DNA from: an uncultured Acidobacteriota bacterium | GTDB taxonomy: Bacteria; Acidobacteriota; Vicinamibacteria; Vicinamibacterales; 2-12-FULL-66-21 | Direction: 5' to 3' | DNA: 64,000 nt | Assembly: GCA_963804245.1 (NCBI GenBank) | Contig: CAWDPQ010000017.1 | Span: 157,545-221,544, forward strand | Part shown: piece by piece, positions 1-8,314 of the stretch | Layout of the letters: every line of letters starts with the position of its first letter | How positions within the stretch are numbered: the first letter of the stretch is position 1 | Made by a program: the position numbers and the translations under genes | The notes under the pieces: generated by a model | Told to the model about the DNA's origin: nothing | Database searches by the model: none | Seen by the model: the letters and a program-made list of their open reading frames with translations, nothing else

Positions 1-684
1 GCCGGTGATCTCACGGATTTCGGTCTGCCCGATGAAGCGCGCGCGCTCGCTCGAGAGCTGACCGCACTGAAGATCCCTGCGGTTGCCGTCCTCGGCAACC
101 ACGACTACGAATCGAATCAGCAGGACGAAGTCAAACGCATCCTGCTCGACGCCGGCGTCGTCACGCTCGACGGTGACACGACCGAGGTTCATGGCATCGG
201 GTTCGCGGGTGTCAAGGGTTTTGCCGGCGGGTTCGGCCGCGGCGCCCTCGGGCCGTGGGGGGAAGAGATCATCAAACGATTCGTTCATGAATGTCTGGAA
301 GAGGCACTGAAGCTCGAGACCGCGCTGGCGAGGCTGCGTACGGAGCAGGTCATCGCCGTGCTCCATTACGCGCCCATCCAGGCAACCGTCGAGGGTGAGC
401 CGCGCGAGATCTTTCCGTTTCTCGGCTGCAGCCGTCTCGAAGAACCGCTCACGCGATTCCCGGTCACCGCCGTTTTCCACGGCCACGCGCACCATGGCCA
501 GCCGGAGGGGCGCACGCGGACCAACGTGCCGGTATTCAACGTTTCCGTGACGCTGATGCGCGAGCTCTGGCCCAACCGGCCATTCCGGATCGTCGAGGTG
601 AATCTGGCCGGCGGAACCGAAACGGCGCAGCGGCGCAGCGTCTCCGATCAACGCACGCTCGAAAACAGTCTCCAAGGGAGTTGA
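1..684 (+). CDS. Metallophosphoesterase (5'-partial, runs off window start)
   Basis: Frame 1 from base 1 reads AGDLTDFG...VLGNHDYE...VFHGHAHHG (calcineurin-like motifs); same frame as ORF 358..684. Confidence 0.85.
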   Translation, partial: AGDLTDFGLPDEARALARELTALKIPAVAVLGNHDYESNQQDEVKRILLDAGVVTLDGDTTEVHGIGFAGVKGFAGGFGRGALGPWGEEIIKRFVHECLEEALKLETALARLRTEQVIAVLHYAPIQATVEGEPREIFPFLGCSRLEEPLTRFPVTAVFHGHAHHGQPEGRTRTNVPVFNVSVTLMRELWPNRPFRIVEVNLAGGTETAQRRSVSDQRTLENSLQGS

Positions 685-1679
685 TATTGACGACTATCGT
701 TGTGGTCACACTGGCCGCAATCATCCTGCAGCAGCCGGCGGCGGCTCCTTCCGTGGCCGTAGCAAAAGCGCTCGCCACCCAAGTCATGCTCGATCGCGCC
801 GGCTTTTCGCCCGGCCCGATCGACGGCCGCGTCGGCAAGAACACCAAACTTGCGCTCGACGCATTTCAGCAGAGCGGCGCCAAGGAAACGGTTTCTCCGG
901 AGGACGCGGTGACCGCGTACACCATTACTCCGGAAGATGCGCAGGGTCCCTTCGTCCCTGCCATTCCCGAAGACATGGTCGAGAAATCGAAATTGCCGGC
1001 GCTCGGCTATACGTCGATCGTGGAATTGCTCGCCGAGCGATTTCACGCCACGCCGGCGCTGATCGAGCAGCTGAACACTGGGATTGCCTTCGAGGCTGGG
1101 GCAACGATCCGCGTGCCGAATGTCGAACCGCTGGCGATGCCGACTGACACGTCGACGCAGCCGTCCGCCGAAGCACCGCGACCGCAGCAGGGACGCGCCG
1201 AGAAGCCGGCGGCCACGGGCACTTCGGGTCGTGGCGGCACCACGGGCAACGCCATCGCGGCGCGACCCGACGTCGTGGTGACGGTCAGGCAGTCGACATC
1301 CGACCTGACGGTCGCCGACGCATCCGGCCGCGTCCTGATGTATGCGCCGGTTACTACCGGAAGTGAGAACGATCCGCTCCCGATGGGCGAGTGGAAGGTC
1401 AAGGGCGTGCAGTTCAATCCGAAGTTTCACTACAATCCCGAGCTCTTCTGGGATGCCGATCCCGCGCACTCCAAGGCGGTGCTCGCCGCCGGGCCGAACA
1501 ACCCGGTGGGGCTGGTCTGGATCGATCTCAGCAAACCGCACTACGGAATCCACGGCACGCCGGAGCCGTCCACCGTCGGCCGCACGGAGTCACACGGGTG
1601 CATCCGCCTGACGAACTGGGACGCGGTGAAGCTGGCAGGTTTCGTCAAGCCGGGTACGAAGGTGGTGTTCACAGAGTGA
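681..1679 (+). CDS. L,D-transpeptidase (YkuD/ErfK) with N-terminal peptidoglycan-binding region
   Basis: Signal peptide; QVMLDRAGFSPGPIDG PG-binding motif; catalytic YGIHGT...SHGCIRL. Confidence 0.9.
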   Translation: MILTTIVVVTLAAIILQQPAAAPSVAVAKALATQVMLDRAGFSPGPIDGRVGKNTKLALDAFQQSGAKETVSPEDAVTAYTITPEDAQGPFVPAIPEDMVEKSKLPALGYTSIVELLAERFHATPALIEQLNTGIAFEAGATIRVPNVEPLAMPTDTSTQPSAEAPRPQQGRAEKPAATGTSGRGGTTGNAIAARPDVVVTVRQSTSDLTVADASGRVLMYAPVTTGSENDPLPMGEWKVKGVQFNPKFHYNPELFWDADPAHSKAVLAAGPNNPVGLVWIDLSKPHYGIHGTPEPSTVGRTESHGCIRLTNWDAVKLAGFVKPGTKVVFTE

Positions 1680-2425
1680 CGGTGAACACGCGCACCGTTC
1701 GTCTGTTTGCGTCGGGTGTCGGCCTGGGCTTCATCACCGGGGCCTTCGTCGTCTGCGCGATCGTCTGGCAGTACGGCAATTTCGTGGGCTCCCGCGCCGC
1801 GAACCGCGCACATCCCCCCGGCACCCCGCCGGCGATCGAGCGGTTCGTGGACGGTATCGATGACGCGGGCGACGGGGTCGTCGACGGCGTGCCCGCGCCA
1901 ATAGGGCCAATAGGCACGACGGGAGAGCCCTCGCCGGTGGCCCTTCCGCCACCCCCCGCCGAGCCCGTCGTCGGGGCGGTACCCTCCGACGAGCTCGAGG
2001 ATCGCGACCTGGAGATGCCTGTCAGGGGTATCCAGCCGGATCAGCTGACGCGGACCTTTTCAGACCGGCGCGGTGGCGGGCGAACCCACGAGGCCATCGA
2101 CATCCTCGCCCCGATGAATACGCCCGTGGTGGCCGTTCAGGACGGAACCATCGCCCGGCTGTTCTTGAGCAAGGCCGGTGGCATCACGGTCTACCAGTTC
2201 GACCCCGAGGGGCGCTACTGCTTCTACTACGCCCACCTCGATCACTATGCCGAGGGCCTGCGAGAGGGCCAGACCGTGAAAAAAGGCCAGGTGCTGGGCT
2301 ACGTTGGAGTTTCTGGCAATGCCCCTAAACAGACGCCCCACCTGCACTTCGCGATATTCCGGCTCACCGAGGACAAGCATTGGTGGGAGGGGACGCCGAT
2401 CGACCCCTACGACATCCTGAAATAA
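1676..2425 (+). CDS. M23 family metallopeptidase
   Basis: GTG overlaps upstream TGA; N-terminal TM; HEAIDI and YAHL...HLHF motifs. Confidence 0.88.
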   Translation: MTVNTRTVRLFASGVGLGFITGAFVVCAIVWQYGNFVGSRAANRAHPPGTPPAIERFVDGIDDAGDGVVDGVPAPIGPIGTTGEPSPVALPPPPAEPVVGAVPSDELEDRDLEMPVRGIQPDQLTRTFSDRRGGGRTHEAIDILAPMNTPVVAVQDGTIARLFLSKAGGITVYQFDPEGRYCFYYAHLDHYAEGLREGQTVKKGQVLGYVGVSGNAPKQTPHLHFAIFRLTEDKHWWEGTPIDPYDILK

Positions 2426-2430
2426 GATTC

Positions 2431-2459
2431 CAACCTTCCCGTGCGGCCTCTCCGTCCAA
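2431..2459 (+). promoter_or_regulatory. Candidate ECF-sigma promoter
   Basis: CAACC-N17-CGTCCAA directly upstream of the ECF sigma gene; resembles ECF -35 AAC / -10 CGT elements. Confidence 0.45.
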
Positions 2460-2478
2460 GGTGGTGTAGGAGAGGAGC

Positions 2479-3165
2479 TTGCACGCCGCTATCGTCACCA
2501 GACCGCCGTTTCTGGCGCGGACGGCGAGCGGGGCGACGAGAAAGCCCCGCGAGCCGACGGATCCGGCGGGTACCGGGGCTTTCCGCCGTCGCGCCGATGG
2601 AGTAGCTTCGCTGCGGTCCGACATCCAAGAGCGTGCAGAGCCGCGCCGCGACGCGGATGCGGCGGACTCCGTGGCTCGGGCCGCGGCCGGTGACGTTCGC
2701 GCGTTCGAGGTCCTCTATCACGCGCACCTGTCCCGCGTACACAGTCTCGTGCGCCGGATGACGGGCGGTCGTGACACGGACGAACTCACGCAGGACGTCT
2801 TCGTTCGAGTCTGGCAGAAGCTGAGTAGCTTTCGCGGCGATTCGGCGTTCACCACGTGGCTCCATCGCCTCACGGTCAACGTCGTCATCGAACGATTCCG
2901 CACCGAGGCAACCAGGCGCCAGCGCATGCGCGATGGCGAGGATATTTTCGAAACGCTCCCCGCCCCCGCTCGATCCGGCGATCTCTCGATGGACTTCGAG
3001 ACGGCGATGACGAAACTGCCAGACGGCGCCCGCGAGATTTTCGTCCTGCACGACGTCGAGGGGTACAAGCATCGCGAGATCGCCACGCTGCTCGAGATTT
3101 CGGCGGGCACGTCGAAGGCCCAACTGCACCGGGCGAGAATGATGTTGCGGAAGCACTTGCGGTGA
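2479..3165 (+). CDS. ECF RNA polymerase sigma-70 factor
   Basis: DELTQDVFVRVW...FTTWLHRL region 2; LPDGAREIFVLHDVEGYKHREIA...GTSKAQLHRAR region 4; start codon uncertain. Confidence 0.92.
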   Translation: MHAAIVTRPPFLARTASGATRKPREPTDPAGTGAFRRRADGVASLRSDIQERAEPRRDADAADSVARAAAGDVRAFEVLYHAHLSRVHSLVRRMTGGRDTDELTQDVFVRVWQKLSSFRGDSAFTTWLHRLTVNVVIERFRTEATRRQRMRDGEDIFETLPAPARSGDLSMDFETAMTKLPDGAREIFVLHDVEGYKHREIATLLEISAGTSKAQLHRARMMLRKHLR

Positions 3166-3169
3166 ACAC

Positions 3170-3883
3170 ATGGAAAGCATGAACCACGAGCGCTGGACGG
3201 ATCGGTTGTCCGACTATGCAGACGATGAGCTGCGAGTGGAGGAACGCGAGGCGGTCGATCGCCACCTGGCCGAGTGCGACGAGTGCCGTCAGGTGCTGGC
3301 CGAGATCCGCGCGGTCTCGTCGCGCGCGGCGTCGTTGAGCGACGCTCCGCCGGCGCGGGATCTCTGGCCCGGTGTGGCGGCGGAGATCGGGGCGAACGAG
3401 CGGCACGCATCCAACGTCGTGCCGATCCGGCCGACGCGACGCTTCTCGTTCACGGTTCCGCAGCTCGTGGCCGCCGGGCTCGCGCTGATGCTGCTCTCCG
3501 GTGGCATGGTGTGGATGGCGCGCCTCGGAGGCGACAGGACGGATTTCCCCAGCATCGGTGGCGCAGACTTGACCATGGCCCCGCCGGCGAATTCACCGGC
3601 TACCCCAGTGCCGGTGCCGGCGTCGTTTGCCGAAGCGCACTACGACGAAGCCATCGCCGATCTCCAGCAAACACTCGAAACAGGCCGCACGAATCTCGAC
3701 CCGGAAACCATCAGCGTGCTCGAGCGCAATCTGGCGGCGATCGACCGCGCCATCGAGCAGTGCCGCGAGGCGCTCAGTGCCGATCCGGCCAATGCGTATC
3801 TGACCGATCATCTCGTGTCGGCAAAGAAGAGAAAGCTGGCGCTGCTGCGACGGGCAACCGCGATGGCCGAGGGCTCGAGCTAA
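3170..3883 (+). CDS. zf-HC2 anti-sigma factor
   Basis: HLAECDEC (HxxxCxxC), one TM helix, directly downstream of the sigma gene. Confidence 0.88.
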   Translation: MESMNHERWTDRLSDYADDELRVEEREAVDRHLAECDECRQVLAEIRAVSSRAASLSDAPPARDLWPGVAAEIGANERHASNVVPIRPTRRFSFTVPQLVAAGLALMLLSGGMVWMARLGGDRTDFPSIGGADLTMAPPANSPATPVPVPASFAEAHYDEAIADLQQTLETGRTNLDPETISVLERNLAAIDRAIEQCREALSADPANAYLTDHLVSAKKRKLALLRRATAMAEGSS

Positions 3884-3901
3884 CGGGAGAAGAACACTGC
3901 C

Positions 3902-4798
3902 TTGATTTCCTTGACCGCCATTCTCGTCGCCACGCTCGTCGCTCAACCGCAAGAGCGCCGTGACACACGGCCGCCACAGACGGACCAGACTGTCGCGGTC
4001 ACCCGCGGCACCCGGCTGCTCATCGACAACTTCGCCGGCGAAGTGAACGTGCGCGCCTGGGATCGCGACTCGCTACGCGTGCAAGCGCGTCACGCCTCGC
4101 GCGCGAAGGTGAACCTCAAAACGGTTCCCACCGGGCTGCGAGTCTCGTCGAGCGCGGAACACGGACCACCCGGATCGATCGATTACGAGATCAACGCGCC
4201 CGCATGGATGTCGATCAAGGTCGACGGCCAGTTCAACTTCGTCACCATCGAAGGGACACAAGCGGAGGTGTCGGTCGAAAACGTCCGCGGCGATATCGTG
4301 GTCAAAGGCGGAAACGGCGTGACCGCAAAGTCGGTCGAGGGCGACATCACGGTCGAAGGCGCCAAGGGCAAGACGACCGTGAGCTCGATCAATCAGGGCA
4401 TCAGCGTCAGCGGAAGTAGCGGCGAGATCTATGCGGAGACGGTAAACGGACCGATCGCCCTATCGCGAATCGAGGCGGCTTCGCTCGAGGCAGGTACGAT
4501 CAACGGCAACATCACCTACGAGGGCGCAGCGGTCAACGGCGGGCGTTACCGTCTCACTTCCCACAACGGCAGCATTACCGTCGCGGTACCCGAGTCATCC
4601 AACGCGACCTTCGCCGTCCGCACCTACCACGGCGGCTTCAACAGCAGCCTGCCGGTCAAGGGCGATCGCGATCCACGGGAAGCCCAGAAGGGGCGTCGCG
4701 TTCTGTTCACGCTCGGGAACGGCAGCGCCGAATTCGAGCTCGAGTCGTTTTCCGGCGGCATCCAACTGCGTAAGCCGGGGACTACGAAAGACAAGTAG
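3902..4798 (+). CDS. DUF4097 beta-strand repeat protein (exported)
   Basis: Signal peptide; repeated S/T-x-x-G-x-I units (SVEGDI, SINQGI, TVNGPI, TINGNI, SHNGSI, SFSGGI). Confidence 0.85.
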   Translation: MISLTAILVATLVAQPQERRDTRPPQTDQTVAVTRGTRLLIDNFAGEVNVRAWDRDSLRVQARHASRAKVNLKTVPTGLRVSSSAEHGPPGSIDYEINAPAWMSIKVDGQFNFVTIEGTQAEVSVENVRGDIVVKGGNGVTAKSVEGDITVEGAKGKTTVSSINQGISVSGSSGEIYAETVNGPIALSRIEAASLEAGTINGNITYEGAAVNGGRYRLTSHNGSITVAVPESSNATFAVRTYHGGFNSSLPVKGDRDPREAQKGRRVLFTLGNGSAEFELESFSGGIQLRKPGTTKDK

Positions 4799-4848
4799 CT
4801 TCCAGCTCCCAGCTCCCAGCCGCCAGCTTCCAGCTACCGAGCCCCGAG
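4797..4848. repeat. Degenerate heptamer tandem repeat
   Basis: agcttcc agctccc agctccc agccgcc agcttcc agctacc gagcccc, right after the stop codon. Confidence 0.8.
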
Positions 4849-4981
4849 AGCGACCCGGATGTTCTGCTTCGGGATTGCGCCTGTCCGCTGGCGAACACCC
4901 CCTCCGCGGCCAGTGCACGAATTCCCTCGTCAATCCGTCAAAACCTTCGTGGCACAGCTGTTGACTTCAGGGTAGCCGGAC

Positions 4982-6131
4982 ATGGATTCCGCCTGTGCGG
5001 TTCAGCCTCGCATCCTGATCGCCGACGATCAGCCGGACCTCATCGATGCCCTCAAGCTCCTGCTCAAAGCGGAGGGCATCCATATGCGAGGCCGTAACCT
5101 CCCCGGACGCGGCCCTTGCCGCGCTCCGTGCCGAGGCGTTCGATCTGCTCTTGATGGATCTGAACTATACGGGCGACACCACGTCGGGGCGTGAGGGCAT
5201 CGATCTGCTGTCCCGCATCCAAGCGCTCGACAGCACGCTGCCGGTGATTGTCATGACCGGATGGGGCTCGGTGGATCTCGCCGTCGAGGCCATGCGCCGT
5301 GGCGTGCGCGACTTCGTGCAGAAGCCGTGGGACAACAGCCAGCTTGTTGCCACGCTGCGCAGCGAGATCGAGCAGGGCCGCGAACGACGTCAGCGCCTGC
5401 AGCACGAACGGCGCGAGATGGAAGAGGCGCGCCGCATCCAGCGGCAGCTGCTGCCCACCTCCCTGCCGCAGCTCGAAGGATGGGAGCTCGCCTTTTCGTG
5501 GCAGCCGGCGTCAGGGGTTGGCGGTGACTGCTTCGACGCCATCATGCTCACCCCCACGCGAATCGCGCTGTCGATTGCCGACGTCGTCGGCAAGGGAATT
5601 CCAGCGGCGCTGCTGATGTCGAACCTGCAGGCGGCAGTGCGCGCGTTTGCGACAGCCACTACCGAACCGCGCGAACTGTGTCACCAGGTGAACAGGATCC
5701 TTTGCGGCCACATCGCCGAAGGACGTTTCATCAGCTTCTGCTACTGCATCATCGACACCGAAATCGGCACGCTCTCGTACTGCAATGCCGGCCACTATCC
5801 CCCGATCGTCGTCCATGCCGACGGCAGCGTCGATCGACTCACGGCAGGCGGCGCAGTGCTCGGCGTATTTCCCGATTCGTCCTACGAGCAAGGCAGCACG
5901 ACCCTGGCCGCTGGCGCCCGGCTCGTGCTCTACACGGACGGCATCACCGAAGCTCAGACGAAGATTCCCGAGACCGACGAGGAATTCGGCGAAGAACGGC
6001 TCGTGGATCTCAGCGTGACCCACCGGGATTGCGGCGCTCCGGTGCTGGAGGACAGGCTGAGGGCCGCCGTCACCTCGTTTACCGGTGGTCGATTCCAGGA
6101 CGACGCCACACTTATTGTCGTTAGCCGCTAG
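4982..6131 (+). CDS. Receiver domain + SpoIIE/PP2C phosphatase (RsbU-like), one frameshift near 5082
   Basis: RILIADDQ (ORF 4982) joins FDLLLMDLN...VQKPW and VGGDCFD...ADVVGKG...LYTDG...DDATL (ORF 5046). Confidence 0.88.
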
Positions 6132-6167
6132 TCGCCAGTCGTGCGAGTCGGCCGCGTTCGTCGTCTA

Positions 6168-6216
6168 TCCGTCACTGCCAACAGGCATTTCGTCACACAA
6201 ATGCGCACTTCGTACC
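6168..6216 (+). promoter_or_regulatory. Candidate LytTR-type direct repeats
   Basis: tccgtcac (6168), ttcgtcac (6189), ttcgtacc (6209): 20-21 bp period, upstream of the lytS/lytT-like pair. Confidence 0.35.
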
Positions 6217-6319
6217 GCCACAGCGTCAGTTGGGCCCACCGTTCGCAGCCGGAAATGACCACTGGCGGGCTCAGACGAGCGACTCTGATCTTGACGAAGC
6301 ACAGCAGGCCACTTGATAG

Positions 6320-7460
6320 TTGGCCTTGATGGAGAAAGCCTGGACACCGCCGGTGCGTTGGATAGTCCTGGTGGCGGCTGTCCTGAGCCTGTTCTCGACC
6401 GCTCAGGCCTACAGACTGTCCACGCTGAACCTGCGCGGTCCGTACGACATCGAGGTCGGATCGCTCCTGTTGCTGAACATCGCGTATTGGTTCGTCCCAG
6501 CGGCGTTCTCACTTCCCATCTTCTATCTCGCCCGCCGCTATCGCCTGGACACTGGACGATGGCCCGGCTCCCTGGCTATTCACATCGCCGCCGCCCTCTT
6601 CTTTTCAGTGGTGCACCTGTTCTGCATGCTCGGCGTCCGCTCTGCTGCTGTGGACCGATGCAGGCAAACCGCCGACGATCTCCTGGACCTCCTTTGCGCA
6701 GCGGCAGTATCTGATGCAGCTTGACTGGCTGCTGATGACGTACTCGGCGATCATCGGATTGAGCTATGCGCTCGACTACCGACGCGAGTCGCAGGCGCGG
6801 GCGATCAAAGAGGCCACGCTCGAAACGCGCCTGGTGGAAGCGCAGCTGAAGACGCTGCAGGCAGAGCTCCACCCGCACTTCCTGTTCAACACGCTGCACG
6901 CCATCTCGACGCTGGTGCACACCAGCCCGGACGCGGCCGACCGGATGATCAGCCGCTTGAGCGATCTGCTGCGTCTGACCTTCGATGGAACCGGCGCGCC
7001 GGCCGTGTCGCTTCAGGAGGAGCTCGAGTTCCTCCAGAAATACCTCGAGATCGAACAGATTCGATTTCAGGATCGTCTATCGGTGCTGTATGACGTCGAT
7101 TCCGAGACGCTCGACGCAGAGGTGCCGCGTTTGATCCTGCAGCCGCTCGTCGAGAACGCGATCAAGCACGGTGTCTCGCCTCGCAGCGGCCGCGGCCTCA
7201 TTCAGATCTCCTCGCGCCTCCGCGACAATGCGTTGTGGATTGAAGTTCGCGACAACGGCGTCGGTCTGGACGGCAAGGGGCGGTCGCGGCTGCGCTCGGG
7301 CGTCGGCCTGTCGAACACGCGCGCCCGGCTCGAATGCCTTTACGGAACGGCGCATCGCCTGGAATTCTCCGAGGGCAGCGAAGGTCTCGCCGTTCAGATG
7401 CAGATTCCGCTCACCCGCCTGCCGCCCGGCGCCGGGGACGCGGCGGTGCGGGTCGCATGA
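6320..7460 (+). CDS. LytS/YehU-type sensor histidine kinase, one frameshift near 6640
   Basis: Multi-TM N-terminus; LQAELHPHFLFNTLHAIS, LQPLVENAIKHG, DNGVG, GVGLSN. Confidence 0.9.
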
Positions 7461-8245
7461 CGCAAACGCGGACGTCCGGTCGAACGCGCGTTCTCATTGC
7501 CGACGACGAACCGCTGGCGCGCGAGCGGCTGAGGATGCTGCTGTCGAAAGAGGACTGGGTCGAGATCGCCGGCGAGTGCGACAACGGTCACGACGCAGTG
7601 GCGGCGATTCAGAAGCTCAAACCGGATCTCGTCTTCCTCGATGTCCAGATGCCGGGCAGCACCGGGTTCGACGTCATTGACAGCGTCGGGGCGGGCCGCA
7701 TGCCGGCGGTCGTCTTCGTGACGGCCTACGATCGCTATGCGCTGCGCGCGTTTGACGTGCACGCGCTCGACTACCTGCTCAAGCCGTTCGACCGCGAGCG
7801 GTTCCAACAAGCGCTGGGGCGCGCGCGACAGCATCTGGACAGGAAAAACGCCGGCGAGCTCGAACGCCGCCTGCTCGAACTGGTCCAGGATCTGCGATCC
7901 ACGCCACAGCGGCCCGAGCGCTTCGTCATCAAGAGCGGCGGGCGCGTGTTCTTCGTCCGTACGGACGAAATCGATTGGGTGGAAGCGGCCGGCAACTACG
8001 TCAAGCTTCACGTCGGCAACGAAGCCCACCTCCTGCGCGAAACCATGAACGCGCTGGAAGCGCAACTCGATCCCGATGTGTTCTTCCGCATCCACCGATG
8101 CCACATCGTGAACATCGAGCGCGTGAAGGAGCTGCAGCCCTGGTTCAACGGGGAATACGTCGTGTTCCTCCGCAGCGGCGCCCGCCTGACGCTCAGCCGC
8201 GGCTACCGGGAAAAGCTCCAGGATCGGATTGGCCGGTCGCTCTGA
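7457..8245 (+). CDS. LytTR family response regulator
   Basis: ATG overlaps kinase TGA; ADDEPLAR, FLDVQMP, YLLKP; LytTR FFRIHRCHIVN. Confidence 0.93.
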   Translation: MTQTRTSGRTRVLIADDEPLARERLRMLLSKEDWVEIAGECDNGHDAVAAIQKLKPDLVFLDVQMPGSTGFDVIDSVGAGRMPAVVFVTAYDRYALRAFDVHALDYLLKPFDRERFQQALGRARQHLDRKNAGELERRLLELVQDLRSTPQRPERFVIKSGGRVFFVRTDEIDWVEAAGNYVKLHVGNEAHLLRETMNALEAQLDPDVFFRIHRCHIVNIERVKELQPWFNGEYVVFLRSGARLTLSRGYREKLQDRIGRSL

Positions 8246-8252
8246 TCGCATT

Positions 8253-8308
8253 CCCCAGCTCCCCAGTTCCCCAGTTCCCCAGCTCCCCAGTTCCCCAGCT
8301 CCCCAGTT
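8253..8308. repeat. (CCCCAGYT)x7 octamer tandem repeat
   Basis: Seven consecutive units, each CCCCAGCT or CCCCAGTT, between convergent genes. Confidence 0.95.
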
Positions 8309-8314
8309 TCTGAT

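Noticed and set aside
648-1553. Long antisense and alternative-frame ORFs (e.g. 648..1553, 7394..8251, 15027..16208, 40004..41218, 48162..49322)
   Set aside because: They shadow well-supported genes, lack motifs and are expected at this GC content
4930-4946. Sigma-54-like TGGCACAGCTGTTGA, and TGGCACATCTCTGGCT at 14664-14679
   Set aside because: The first lacks the -12 GC; the second would start transcription at about the start codon, removing the RBS; too weak to call
8253-8308. Short tandem arrays as CRISPR
   Set aside because: Units are 7-8 nt with no spacers, and no cas genes are seen in the window
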